A DNA stretch of 64,000 bases from Marsupella aquatica (Eukaryota > Plantae > Marchantiophyta), in NCBI GenBank assembly GCA_973895155.1, contig OZ316898.1:20533292-20597291 (forward strand), in the 5' to 3' direction. Each line of letters begins with the position of its first letter. Position 1 is the first letter of the stretch. The notes under the pieces are model-generated. The model saw only the letters and a program-made list of their open reading frames with translations. It had not been told where the DNA came from and did no database searches. The translations under genes were made by a program, and so were the position numbers. Positions 1 to 14,363 of the stretch are shown piece after piece.

Positions 1-961
1 GTGGAGGTGGAGCCCCAAGAGAGTTCGGCCCCTAGCCCATCAGTAGTGCGAATCATGGGTTGGATTTGGGAGTCGGGGCCATTCTGGTCCCGGCGTGTTG
101 GGACAAGCTTGGGACAAGCTTTAGGACAAGCTATGCTATTTGGGCCATGAGCATGTCCTGAGGTCAGGGCGGTCAGTTGGTGATGGATAGGTACAAGGGG
201 GAACCCGGGCCGCGTCTGAGGAAGGAGCTGTTCTGGACGAACAGTGGGCGTGGGTTCTGGTTCCGGCTTATGGCATCGGGAGGACCTATCGCTGACCTAT
301 TTACCAACGTCTGTTGAGCTTGAGTTAGGATGCTAGACTTGGCGAGTTCCAGATCCAGAGGGGTTACTTACCGAGATGCTTGGTTGCTTGTGGAGACAGT
401 GAGGACCGTTGAGTAGCGGTCGTGTAGGTGAGCAAGTGCGGCTTCATACGGGAGGGGCCGCTGGTGGTGCAAGGGGCACTAGGATGCTTGCTCAAGATAT
501 TCCGTGGAGGCGTTCGGGCACCAAGGGCACTTAGACGTGAGTGCTGGGATTGGTGAGGGCGTTGGGTGGCAAGGTCCACCACTGAGAGTCAGGCTCAGCT
601 TAGAGTAATATGTTGTGCATGATGTATTCAATTTAGTTCATGATTTTTGAGTTCCTTCACACACCTAACCTTCTATCACACCTCCAACTATTTGTAAACA
701 TTGTGGTCAATGTATACAATTCTAGATGTGATGCATTGTTTCTAGCCGAGGTAGCATGGTAAAGGGCTATTTCAACACTGCACTTGTAGTCAACTGCATT
801 ATTTAGGCAATGCAATCAAACATCCAACAACTGTCCATAGCAATCTTGGGTTCGGTCTACAATGGTGTCCTTTTGGTTATAAGGACTGAAAATCTTATTA
901 CAAAAACTTTTGACAAGAAATGGTACATTGATGAGAAATTGAGAGTTTTGGTCTATTGGGA

Positions 962-1145
962 GACAAACTCTGGTCAGGAGGTCTATAAAGTATAAATCTC
1001 ATTCCTTGGAGTTGTTGCTCTAGAACACATAGCTGTTGAACCCACCTGTCAAGGACAAACTTTGGTCAGGAGGTCCACTGAGTATATACGTCATTCCTTG
1101 GAGTAGTTGCTCTAGAACACGTAGCTGTTAAACCTACCTGTGAAG
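962..1145. repeat. Tandem duplication, 2 x 92 bp, diverged
   Basis: GACAAACT(C/T)TGGTCAGGAGGTC...CATTCCTTGGAGT(T/A)GTTGCTCTAGAACAC...ACCTGT(C/G)AAG at 962-1053 and again at 1054-1145. Confidence 0.9.
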
Positions 1146-4100
1146 GAGCTAGATTGCTATGAATGTCCCTTCCCTACTTCCTTCACAGTTAAATGAAGGA
1201 GCTGGCATTAGAATCCAGCAGAATGACTTGGCTACTAAGGCATATTGAAGCTCTACATGGGAGAAACAGCTGCCTGGGCTGAAATGGAGATAAATTCTCT
1301 TTTGACAATGTCAGTACATGAGAAATACATTCTCAAAGTACTTAAGGTGGAAATGTTTTGTTTTCATGAACACTTTTATTCATCAATCGTCAATGTCCGT
1401 GAAGGTTTCCGATACTGGCAGCAATTTGCTTGCTATGATGTTAATTGGCACCATTCAAGGTGCAGAGATTTGTAGATCACCATAGAATCTTGTGAATGGC
1501 TCCTTAACAATGCATTTTGTGACAAATTGTCTGGAAAATCCTGGATCTTGCAACCAAAAAGACACAAAATTTGGGCAATGTTGTCCGGATGGACAAAGCT
1601 TGTGAACGTACCTTGACACCCCTTATACCCTCACTTGTTGACCCTTTTCTTGCTTCCAAAAGTTTCTGTCAAGCAAATTTCTCTCTTGCTATGCAACCAA
1701 ATTGATTTTTGTTGATGTTAGAATCAGTTTTGAAGGATCTTTCCAATGAGATTCATAATTAGAGTCAATTTCATTAAAAATTGAGGGAGCTAGAGATTAC
1801 ACCCTCACTCGCTGGATACTCTTCCTGCTCCCTAAAGCTTTGACCAGAGAACTTTCAGAAGGAGGAAAAGTGTAAGTACATTGGCTTATCTTGGAGAAGT
1901 TGATAGGGCGACTCAAAACTAGTTGGGCAGCTCAAAACTAGTTTAGAAGTAATCGCCCACGGGAAAGTACATTAGTCTGTTAAAAGCTATTGATTGCCTA
2001 AAATGGCAGTCAATAACTGTTACCAATGTATGTTAACATCTTCCTAGGGGGCAGATGGTGACAGCAAAATTAACCCAATTGTTGACACAACCTAACAAGA
2101 GCCCTTGATTTTGTTGACAACAAGTAATATATATGTTCCTGTCAAGGTTGTACAACTGCTCCATTCCCACTCTAGAGTGGGATCTTTATAAGAACCAACT
2201 CCATGTGTGGAAAAATACAGCATTATAACAACCAATTTTTGCTGTGTAAAAATATTTGAAGTAGATTGTAAGATTTTAGGCTTTATAAACTTTTTAGGGG
2301 CAAAATCTGAAGACAAGCTCATGAGGGACATGAGTTTGTGCATGCGTAAGAAGTTAAGATTTATTAATGGTATTTTCAGATTACAGATTTTAAGTAGTGC
2401 CACTAAAGATATTCTATTTGACAATATTACCACGTTACTTTGCTTTTTAGAAGGATGACACTGTTTAGTGAATGGATGACAAGTTTACCAAGATAATTAG
2501 TTCGTGGACCCCTATCTTCTCCATTACACTTCCCGATTCCTTAAGACCCATTCACATTATCTATCAGTTTTCAATCCAATTCTTCTCATCACAGAAGTCA
2601 CATTCAACCGTTTCTCTCCTGAACTTCAACAAATGCATTCTCGCTACTGTCTCCCAAACAGCTCTAATCGTCACCTGAACCTTTCAATCTTTTTTGCCTT
2701 TCAGCAGCCAAACCTACTCCTCCGCCCCGAGTTCCTCATCTCTTAGTTTCCGTTCCTTCTTCCTCACAATAACCACATTGACCTCTCACCCTGGAACTCC
2801 CGGATGATTTCATCAAAATCCTTTATCCATATCTGAACGTCTCTTTAAACACAATCCATTTTACCATAGCCTCTTGCAAATGCGCCTCTTGAGAGTCGAT
2901 GCGTTTGACAGAGTCACTGCTTCTGTTCGCTCCAATAATGGTCCGCATCCTTATCAAGTGATCTCTCAAATCAGCTTCACTTCTAATATTTTCAATTTGA
3001 TCATGAAAAGGCATCGTAGAAACTTGTAGAGCCCTGGTCTATCAATTGCTAGATAGTATTTCTTATTGTCAAATCAAGTCGAGCTCTGTCTGGTGCAATG
3101 GAGCACTGGGTCAGCTCTTCCCTTTCAAAAACCAGATATGGAGATACAATTTGAAGTCCTACATGCAGATTGGTCTTTGATTTCAAGCTGCCTCCTTTAT
3201 GAACTCCTGAAATACGAGCCTGTGTAATAGATTGGATCTGTAAGAACCCACAAGAGCGATGGTGCAGCCAGTGTGCTCGTTTCGTCCTTATGAAATTGTT
3301 ATGGTCTTTCGTTTGTTACCGATTCGGATCTCCACTCCAAGAAAAGTAGGGCAACGCTCACTAAGCTGCATCAAGTTGTGGAGCAATGTTTGGTATTTCT
3401 TGCTCAGTAATTGCCTATTTCACAAGCTGAATCTGTTTGTCATATAATTCTTCTGTCCACGAGCACGACACGAGGAAACGACAATGCCGGAAGACAGATT
3501 GCTAGAGAAGGAGTGCTAGACAGAATGACCTTCTGGCGCTGCAGAAACAAGATTCTTAACTGCCATGCTCAGGATTCTTAACTGCCATTGTAATTAAAGT
3601 GTTGCTTCATTACTTTAATTACAATTGAATTACAATTAAAAACAAGGGTGGGCAGTTGGTTAAGCGGGGTAAATAAAACTGAGTTGAAAGCCTACTCAGG
3701 GTAAATAAAACAGTTATTTTTGATAACTTTTTACATCAAGCTTTACGGCATGGCGTCCTCAATTTTACCAAAATCTTGTCGCAAACACGTATGTTGACAT
3801 AATTTCATTGTGGAAACCAATCCGTTTCTATTTGCAGGGCGCCATGATGACGTGGTGCGCTGTGGAGTCAGGAATTTTGGAAGGGACCTCTAGTGGGGTC
3901 CGTAAATAAAAGAACTATACACTAAAAAGTTGACATATTTATAAATACAAATACAAAAAAAAATATTGTAAGTAATTCAAAATCTAATGGCAATTTACTT
4001 CAAAGAGGTTTCAGATTATATCCTGCTGTCATGTCATACACAATTTGTGTGTATTTCATTTTTAACTTCAAAAACTTCTAAACATTTGCTTACATTCGGA

Positions 4101-7100
4101 AACAGGCATGGTTTTTCCAAATTTCACCTAAAATTTTGTCAGTCTAATTTTCAATGACTATTTATTTTTGTTTGACACTGATGATCTCTACTGTAATATC
4201 TCAAGAACTCAAGAACTCAAGATTTCCATTTGGTCTCTACATTATTATTACCCTGCAGGCAAAGGACGGCGGTACAGCTTCCGAAATCTAAAGTGCTTCT
4301 AGCCAATCTGTCCTTTGGGGTCATTGCAATGATTATTAATCTGTTCATGGAGTACCCGTCCACACTTTTCGCTAATGTAGATTTGAGGGTGTGCAATTTA
4401 GGCGGTGCAGATTTTGACGTAGTCTTCGAGACAAAGTCTACTCTTGGATACTCCGAGGCTGACCCACCCTCAGCCATGAGCTAGAGCAGACCAAAGAGAG
4501 CATGATTGTGAATGGTTTCACTGGACTCTTGAGAGAATGACCTCCCAACTGGTGGTTACAACGAAGACATGACAAGCATTCCTTTCGGTAATGCCAAGGG
4601 AATATGGAAACAAAGCTCATAAACCTGGCCTTGTTTTTATTCAGAGTTTCCCTTCTTACTACCACAGTGTACAGCTGACCATTCTAAAACATAACTATAT
4701 TGTTTTATTCAGAGTTAGGGTCGTTCTAAAAATACTTGCTAACTACATGAATCAATAGTTTAGTATATAATCATGAATATCACACTGAGTGAGTTGAAAA
4801 AAGTTCAATGATCAATAAACAATTTTGCAAGTGTGTCAACCATTTGATGGTACAGTCAACCTGAAATTGTTTATACCATAGATTTTTTGGATTTGATTGA
4901 CAAAACCTTTTACAGTAGAGTGCTTGTGAAAACTGCTGTAGAAAAGAAATTTAGGTACATTCCTAGCATTTTGACGTAAACAATGAATTTTCAGTGTATA
5001 TATCAATGTTAATTAAAATGCAGGAGGCATTGCATTAGTTTTAAGGAAAAAATAATTAATATTTTAATTTTTGCAGGACCTACGTGAACCAGGATGGCAC
5101 TACGTAACTGTAGTTTATAACAGCTAAGTGATCTTTTGAAAATAAATTAACTGGATCAAAGGAGCCCCTTGTAAAGTACAATGAAAGGGACCAAAAGGTA
5201 GGTGTTGTCTACACTAGATCACAAAATTCTTAATTGGTCGGAAATGTTTTGAAACTGGTTGATGCCTTATTGAAAGAGGGTTAGAAAACAAAAAGAAGAC
5301 TCTATATAGGCGAATTCCAACATGAACGTTACCCCCAGAAAAAATAGTGATCCTAGCAGGTCAGCAAAACAAACTTGCATCCACCATACCTCTATCGTAA
5401 CTCTACAATTATTCAGTATTCATTCACACTGATATAATGAAACATTTTATATCATGGTCTAAAAAGTCATGCAATTGGTCTCTCCTTGTCAAGTAACATT
5501 ATATGTTGCTGTTTTCTAATTGCTACTAAGCATGATTCTCCACTGCACCCACTCACCACATCCAAAACAGAGGCGGAGTGTTGCATGAGAGATAATAATA
5601 ATTGTTGTGTATATCACTGTACAGTCTACTATGTCTAAGTGCAGGCTCCCGGGAAGAGGCCTCAAGCATGCAGTTATCCACATTATGCACTTCATCATAA
5701 GTGCATGTTACAATTCTCCGTATGTGCCTGCAGGCACTTTGCAATAACTACATATGAAATTGCTTATGCAATTTACATTTCTTGTCAGGTCAACGCATCA
5801 ATTTCTCATACCCATCATCTTTGTAGTGCACGATTCAACTGGATAAGTGCATGATACTACAATGTGTACTTATTTGCTGCACTTATCAATAAATATTTCT
5901 AACACATGTGTTGTAGTAATAGACTGAAAATGCCCTTAAGTATTTTTAGTTTAGTGACGGGTAACCTGCACTTACAGAAGGTGCAATTTTTGGTGCATTT
6001 ACAAAACATTTGCCATATTATTGGGGGCCAAAACGACCACCCTGCAATTACCCATGGAATACAGTTATACACACTGCACTTATCCACTATATGTGTATAC
6101 ATTCGTGTATTTCACATAAGCATACCGGTGCCTTTTTGGAAGGTCACAATGATACAAAATTGGGAGACAGCCTGAGTCACAGAACCGTTATATCCTGTTA
6201 CAGTTACGGGCTAGGACGGTCTTACAACTGTGTAACGACTGCAGATCCGTGGACTGGTGTACAGTCCCCAAGACCCGCTATTATTACTTATTTTAATTTT
6301 AATATATAATATGATATGATATATATAAAAATATTATGTACTGATTATTGAGAAATGGACCGGCTGTACCAATTCGTGCCCCTTCCCGGGCCGCCGCCTG
6401 TGCCTTGCTTTTTGGCTCTTTGCACGGTCGCAGGGAGGGCCTCAGAAGAGAGGACCTCAGTTCCCTGGCTCTAATAATAATAATAAAGTTGTTCTATACT
6501 CATCCAATAAAGTCACATCTAACGGCTTTCGTTATGCGGTCATGTCCAGGGAAGCCAGTGACCTTAGATTCTTGATAATCCCATTCTATGATTCTATTCT
6601 TCCTCTCTGTGGGTCGGCTGGTGTTACCCCTCACAGGCTCACACCCTCCGCCCTTGCAAAGGGCCAAGAAGGAAGATCCTGGACCCAGATTCAATTTAGG
6701 AAAAGTTACTGCATAGCGGTACTCAAAGCTCCTCCCTTGGGCTTTGCAAGAGCGAGTAAGCAACATCCTGGACCGGAGATTTTTTAGTGGCAAAATTTGG
6801 CCAGATTCCTCCTCCCTGACAAGTGTTAGTCACTTTGGTAAACCTTGGCTAGGTTTTTGTCTTCTCCTAGCCACAGACCTCATTAGACACAATCTAACAG
6901 TTATCTTTGACTAAGGAAGACCTAACAATATTGATCTAGGAGATTTATGTAAAGAATGTTCCAGGCATCTTCCTCTTCACAAGGTGACATTTGCGACCTG
7001 GTGAAAAAAAACTCCTAAAATACTACGCTGTCAGGACCCACTTCCACGTGGACTTTGGGCATTGTCACATGGTGGGCTTCTCTGGTATTCTCTGGGTTTT

Positions 7101-9780
7101 TATCTGGGTTTCAAGGCAAAATGAACGACAGATTCTGGACCCGCACTGGAATTTAATTTGGGATAGATTATGTGTTGTCAACAATTGAAGGGGTGCATGT
7201 CAAAAGCCTCCTCCTTATCATTTCTGACTGCCAGATTCCTGACTTCTCCCTATGGTTTTGGGCCCCCGAGCATTGACTTGGTTCTATCATGAGTGACATT
7301 TTTCTGGACAAAGATTTGCTTTGCTGATTCAATCCAACCTGAACATGATTGTATTGACAACGTTTAAGTCACTTTAATAAGGATAGTTACATCCACCTTA
7401 GGTATCCTTGAAGCTGCACACCATGTCAAGTTGTAGTAGGGGATTGCAGAACCTTGGATCAATCATATCTCTGTGAATTGTACCATGGATGCAATTTACA
7501 CTGACCCTTTCTTCTTTAACATTGTTGTACATAAGAATCCATTACAAGAATTTGTCACCAACAGGTATTCTAAATAACTGGGTGCTATAATTTGCGTCAG
7601 AGAAAAATCAGAAATCCAGCAACTGGTGACTGTGGATAGTGATCTTTGGAGATGGATTTCTCTGCAAGTGCTCAACATCTCCAGATCCACTTTAACTTGT
7701 TAGAAATGGCATCAAATGAGCCTTCCAACATACTACTTTTCTCTCAATATATTCCCATCACATTTGGAAACATTATAATTTTGCAAGATGGGTTCCAAGG
7801 GGCCCTTGACGTCATTAGACAGCCTGTCCTATCGTCGTGATTGTAGAGCAGGCTAGGTCGATCCTAATTGAGTAAAGTGGGCTAGGTCCACCCAGTGTTT
7901 CCTGCCTGTGCAAAATTCTACACAGTTGCTACCAGCTGAAAGCGCTTGCTATTGACACAAAGAGGATTTAACAAGATTTTAGTGACTTATTTATCAAAAT
8001 CAGTGGTCTTGATCTGACTAGTCGTAGATCTAACAGTCCTAATGTGACCACACAAGTCAAGTACAATGTTTTTGCCAAGTGGAGGCTTTTCAACTCCCAT
8101 GAGTGCCACCTGCCCCAAAATACAAATGAAAACATTGGGTCTATTCTAATTAGGGCATGTCAATGTTCTCACTTTGGTTACCATTTTACTTTTTTGGAGG
8201 TACCACCTTTATAGGGTATGTATTTTGGTAACCCATAAAGATTCTGTTCTGGCTTAAACCATAACTTTCCCTATATAAGGGGAAGTGTCGAAGATCTCCC
8301 CCTTTTTCCACATTTCAACCATTGTTCTCCTCTAGCATATCAGTTTGCTCCACAATTTCAAAAAAATCTCCTTTTAATGATAACTACGGGTAACCCGTAG
8401 CTTTTGAAGGGCAGTTGTGGTTTAAGTGAGTTTTATGTCCTAAGTTAACTGTGATTTGACACGCCCTATTGCATAGTTGAGGGACATAAAGATTCTGTCC
8501 GGGCTAAAGTGAGTTTTAGTTTGATGTCTTGAGCCAAGTGTGCTTTGACACGCCCTTTGACACTCCCTATTGCATGGCTGAGGGCGAAGGTCCATCCTGG
8601 CTCGAATTTCTCCAAGGAAGGGGTGGGGGGGTATGTTCAGACAGGAACAGGAAAGGAAGGACGAGCGAGGAGGTGGCCCGGTTGCCGGACGGACGTTTAT
8701 ATGGCATCCCACTATCCCAGTTTCGCCGCTGCCCATCACACCACGGCGGGTGGCTTCGTGATGCCAGGCGGACGTTTATATGAAGCTCCGTCACACTGTA
8801 AATCACGGTGGGCGATACTCGTCTGATGTTCGCGCGCTATTTAACAGTCCTCTGCTCTGCTTCCCTCCGCGCAATAATTATCGCAGACCTCGCCTCCCCT
8901 GTTGATACAGAGATTCAGTAGTAGATCAGTTTCTCGCTACAGAGGATCCGATCCTTTCGTCTGGCCCGAGTCTGTTGTCGTAATCGAATTTGCACTGTAG
9001 TCGAGAGGATTGCGTGGAAAAATTCGCTCTCGAGGAAGGAGCGAAGGGGCCCGGGCGGAGCGTGGCGGGCAGTGGTGTGCGATAAACGACCTGTGTGCGA
9101 TTGAGATTGAGATTGAGATTGTGTGTGTGTGCGGTGATGCTCGTGATGACGCTGACGATGGTGGTGACGAAGATACTCTAGTGCGCAGTAGATGATGCGA
9201 TTACCGCGAACGAGGAAGGAGGAAGGAGGAAGGATTGATTGTTGTTTAAATGGCGAGGCGTCCGGTTTACCTGATTCCTCGAGGAATTATCGTAGGTTGG
9301 AGTAGTAGGGACGCAGGATATTGTGTGGGCAACAGATGGTAGCTAGCTGCCGCTTCTGGCTTTCGTTGCCGGCTGGGCTGGCCGGGCGGGCTCCTGAATG
9401 TGGTGTTCCCCCAATCCAAGCCAGGCAACAGGAGCCTGAACTAATTTTTAGCGGAAGAGCGGGGAGCCATTACGATTTGAAGTTTCAGTGGACGGGGATG
9501 GAGATAGGTCGAATCGATATTCTCTAGCAGACACAGAGACGGAGATACAGATGTGTTCTGAGCGGAGGTGATTCTCTTCTCGATTCGGTTTTGATTTGGT
9601 ATGGTATGGTGTGGTGCGGTGCGGTGCGGCATACGAGACGAGAAGAAGAAGAAGAATAGCTGATGCGGATTTCCCGAGGTGGGCAGGACTTGAGTTCCGG
9701 AATTGTTAGCCTGTAGGCTCGACGAACATTAGTGCGAATTCACCCTAGGTTTTCATATCGGGTGGAGGTTTAGGGAGCAT

Positions 9781-12700
9781 ATGAGAAAGTGCATCCGCAA
9801 GATGCCTGAAGAACAGCGTTCCAAGCTGTTTAATGCTGCCGCAGGGGCTGGTGCCGGTGAGCTCCACGGCACTCTCTCCCATTCTTTTGCCTTTGTTTGT
9901 CCACGCGGTGAGAATCGGCTCTAGTTTTGTGGGTAGAAGTTCGTCCGAAACAGAGTAGTTTGTGAGGGCAGGAGACCTCATTTTGTCGACCTTGAGATTC
10001 ACGGACAGCCTGCCGAATGACTATCTACAATTGGTTTGTTGGCGTGAGCTGTGATTTTTGTCAAAATCCCGCTCCGACCGTCAGTTGACGCGTGGCGGTT
10101 TAGGAGGTCCTAGAAGGGAAAATTTAGTATTCTAAGAGGTATTGGAATTTGAGGGTCTCGAGCTCGGATGCTAGATCCCTCTGAAAGTTTATACTGGTTG
10201 CATCACCGAACTACGAGCCCGGACGTTGACGTGGGAGGAGCATGACAAACTGACAGCAAAGTCTTTTTTAAACCGGTGGAATCGCTCCGTAATTTTAAAT
10301 GTATTTCTACGGAACATTGGGCTTGTACACAGTTAAAATGAAGGGATATGATGCAACTTGGTTTGTCAAACCTGTCGAGTTGCAGATCATTTTTAGATAT
10401 TTGAATTGTTGAGGAGGTCCTTCGACGCAACGTGTGCTTTGTCGGCGCTAATCTGCTTTGTGCTATTGTCTCGGCATGTCGCAGGAGCAATTGCCGCAAC
10501 GTTTGTATGTCCTCTTGATGTCGTCAAAACTCGTCTTCAGGTCCAAAGGTGGCCCAAGAATGGTAGACCGACAATCAGAGGTTAGCCTTCTCAATTCACA
10601 GTCCTAATTTTGCATTCTTGGTGACATGGTGAGTAATAACGGCCTTGGAAAATGGTGCTCTCCTGCGACTGGCCATCTTTGAATTATTTATGGCTATTTG
10701 CAGCACATCCTAAGTTTTGTGTTTGTTGGGCTGAACAGGAGGAGTCATTGCGGGCAGTCTTGGACAGATATTTCGGGAAGAAGGGATACGTGGACTCTAT
10801 CGTGGGCTATCTCCCACGATGGTCGCACTCCTTCCAAATTGGGCGGTTTACTTCACAGTTTATGAGCAACTGAAGGGACTTCTGCAAAAAGGCGATCATA
10901 GTGCGCGTTGTAAGTCATTCATGTTACATCTCACCTGCTGTTTGGAGATAGATTGAGAACGTCACTGTCGATTCTTTGGAATATGTGGCGCTTTTTACGC
11001 AGTTTTGTCCTGCTCGGTAGCCCTAACGTTCAACGTGTACTAAAAGTTTTTTCGAGTATCCTTTCATCGATTGACACTAGCCAAGGCGACCAGTCGCATC
11101 AACAACTGAAATTCGAAAAACAAGCTTCAAAATTGTTCCGCTGGTCTCAGTCTAACGAGTTTCTGGGTTACTGATAAAGGTGTGTAGAAAGATTCACGGA
11201 CTGACGTGGTATTTCTCTACTCCTTGACTTGCTGTATTGAACAGCTGCTGGCAAGTCAAAGAATCACGGTCTTTCTCTCCCTAGAAGTATTCTTGCAGCA
11301 GCTGGTGCTGGCGGTGCCACTATTCTGGTCACAAATCCATTATGGGTTGTAAAGACACGCTTGCAGGTGACTTTCATCGATCCCATAAATGATAGCGGTA
11401 ATCGATCAGCTGTTCTTGGATTGTTTGAGAATTTTAACCCCCGACACACACACATGCAACATGCAATAATTATTGTGTGTGTGTGTGAGTGGTACAGTTG
11501 TCGCTGTGGTATGTTCGACCTCTATTTTCTCCTACGGAGATGGATGATATGCTCTGACATTTCAGTCCTTTGACTGTGAAAAGGCAGTAAATCTGCTACG
11601 TACTGCCTATACGCAACAATAGTTAATGATTTTCCCTTCGTTGATCCTGAATATATATTTAAAAACTTTACAGACTCAAAGACTCAGACCAGAGTTGGTG
11701 CCGTACACAAACACGTTTTCAGCTCTACGGCGAATTGCTCATGAGGAGGGTATTAGAGGGTTGTACAGGTGAGTCATGCTAAACGATCATTCAAGCCTTA
11801 TAGAGAATTGCCTGCTGTCTATTCAAGCGAGTTAAGTCTTTCGATAGTTAGTTTGTCTTGGCCTGGCAGTGAGAAGAAAAGTGCGTACTTCGGTCCTTCT
11901 GTTGGCAAACTGAATAAATGCTTCCTCGCAGAACCATAGAAATGCGCCTTTCCCCCCGTCGTTTCATTTGAGCTAGCTATCACGAGATGATTTTAAAGAG
12001 AAGATCGTATACTTTTATGAAATCTGTGATCATCACCACTTGGGAGAAAGGTTGTGGAGTTTGTGCATGTAAAATCAGGTACAGGGATTCTGTGTGTTGC
12101 TGAAACTAAAACGCTTGTTGGTTTTGCTGAACAGTGGACTTGTACCAGCCTTGGCAGGAATAAGCCATGTTGCAATTCAGTTTCCAGTTTATGAACGAAT
12201 GAAAGCATATTTCGCCGATAAAGGTAAACACTGCAATTCCATAATTGCCTGCAAGGCTTCGAAATTTATTATCTAAGTTACCCAATGCGAAAATAAGTCT
12301 AGGTTGGATACTCAACCCTGGCTCCCCGCCTGGATCAGATGTGACAGTTGTTCTTATGACGGCAATAGTTAGGAACAGTACAATTTGTATGGCATTTGCT
12401 CTGTCCATGACAGCTGCTAATTCCCGGTTGATAACGGACTATCCGGTTGGCCTGAGAACAGTTGGTCGTTGTCAAATTGGCTGAGAAGTTGGTTACTTGG
12501 TTGTGTCGCAGCTGGTACAACTGTGGAAGAGCTAAAATCCACTGACGTTGCAATTTCTTCTGCAATATCGAAGGTGATTGCATCAACGCTCACATATCCA
12601 CATGAGGTGAGATACTATGCTTGATTTTCTTTTCCTGAGCACTCTACGTTTTTGTTCACTTCTTCCTTAATATGGTGACGGTAAACTACTTTCACGTGAT

Positions 12701-13270
12701 AGGTCGCACTGCTCTTAAGGAAAGTAGAGCTGGGGAGCTTATTTGCTATTTATCATTCCTTATTTTCGCCTGTAGCACTGTGAAGTTCTTTCCTCCGATT
12801 CTCTCTCGGTTCTTGTATTTATGACCGTGTCTCTTACCTGGTGCTGAGCATACCATGGATATGTTTTACAGGTTGTGAGATCAAGGTTGCAAGAGCAGGG
12901 ACATTCAAAGTTGGTGCAGCTTAGGTACGCGGGGGTCATTGATTGCGTTAAAAAGATTGCTGCTGAGGAAGGAGTGGCAGGCTTTTATAGAGGATGTGCG
13001 ACCAATTTGATGAGGACTACCCCCGCAGCGGTCATCACCTTCACAAGCTTTGAGCTCATATTAAGATATTTGCAGAGAACTTACCCCCCGGTTTCGGAAA
13101 CTTCCACAGCGAAAGCATCTTCTGTTCAGGGACATGATAGCAGCTCGGGCAGTGCAGAAGCTGCAGACGAGAGTTCTTATAATTCATCTAATCCCCGAGG
13201 AGCAGCAAAATTGAATTCTTTGGGACTCTCTCACAAAGATTCTTTAAAAGCAGGAGGTAGTGTTTCATAA
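9781..13270 (+). CDS. NDT1: Mitochondrial carrier family NAD+ transporter (NDT1/NDT2-like), 8 coding exons: 9781-9856, 10485-10580, 10739-10909, 11245-11366, 11674-11768, 12135-12223, 12512-12606, 12872-13270
   Basis: Manual splicing at GT-AG junctions gives one open frame: [46 protein letters not shown]...[28 protein letters not shown]...[14 protein letters not shown]...[24 protein letters not shown]...[15 protein letters not shown]...[25 protein letters not shown]. It has three carrier signature repeats, and the second reads PLWVVK, typical of NAD/folate-type carriers. The start could be 9781 or 9802. Confidence 0.93.
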
Positions 13271-14319
13271 TACGAATATTTTTGAGTATCAAGTGTAGCG
13301 ATTGAGTCTACTGGGAGCTTATTACAGGTAAACTGTTCCATGCTTTGCATCTAGAGTGAAATTGCTTACCCATGAGCTTGGGTGAGTCTTTGACTAAGCT
13401 CACATAAGAAGGTTGGGTTGGGAAGATCAGCAATTGAGTTGTTGAAAAGGTTACTTATACATACCTTCCCTTCTGAGAGCTAGTAAGATTACATGCGTCT
13501 GAAAGCTCTCTTCGGCATACATGTCAGCTGGCAGATGTCCAGAGGTAACAGTTACTGAGCGGATGACAGCTGGGCTTCAAATGCAGTACGCTCTTTAGAT
13601 ATTGCCATCTGCAGCCTGAGTTTTTTGGGGACAAATATTGAGTCCCCTGCAACCAAATTGTGCTCTCAAATGAGGGTTCCTTCTGATATTGTTTACCAGA
13701 AGAGGGTCACTATTTTTGCTGTATTGTAGCAAGCAGTCTCAAATAACATTAGGGTGTTCTAGGTCCAAGTTTTGTTCGATGGTGAACCCAGTTCAAAGGA
13801 ATGTGCGCTGGATTTGTGAGTGATGATGAGGCCCGCAATGCTACGACTGAGGGTCGAGCATTTATCATGTAAAGGTTTCATGCTTCCTACCAAAACAGCG
13901 TCTAAGCTGGATTCACTCAATAGAGATTTTTTCACAATGATGTACAGTTCCAATTTGAGATATTAGGAACCTGCTGTTCTGGTTCTAGCTTCTAGATGCT
14001 AGTAGGTAGAATATGAATGGAGAATTTTGGTTTTAGAGGATCATCTTTACCTTCAAAGATCGAACGAGATCGGAATTTGTAATTGGTTTTGATGGAATCC
14101 AAATTTAAGAAGACTCGAGCTGTTCAGTGCTTGCAAGTCTCAGTTTCATGTGTCTTTGTTAGCAACGGAGTTATCCCCTTCCGCTTCTGATGATAATGTT
14201 TGATTACCATGTGGGTAATCAAACATGTATTCTAGGCAAGGCTTTTAGTGCCAATTAACGTTATGTCTCATGAAAATGTTTGTATAAAAACGTAATGAAA
14301 AGGTATGAGATCCTTTATA

Positions 14320-14363
14320 GTGTACTGTAGAGCCGAGACGGAGGGAGCGGCTCTACAGTACAC
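14320..14363. repeat. Perfect 16-bp inverted repeat (hairpin) with 12-nt loop
   Basis: GTGTACTGTAGAGCCG (14320-14335) and CGGCTCTACAGTACAC (14348-14363) flank the loop AGACGGAGGGAG. Confidence 0.9.

Noticed and set aside
1-600. GC-rich segment with GGACAAGCT x3, possibly an LTR-element fragment
   Set aside because: No recognisable protein motif or terminus inside the window; cannot be assigned.
7100-7830. Possible highly degraded minus-strand LINE RT remnant
   Set aside because: Only vague RQG/GGLG-like traces; too decayed to support.
8253-8426. Imperfect ~20-bp inverted repeat (CTTAAACCATAACTTTCCCT / AGGGCAGTTGTGGTTTAAG) suggesting a MITE
   Set aside because: No convincing TSD or family-typical terminus.
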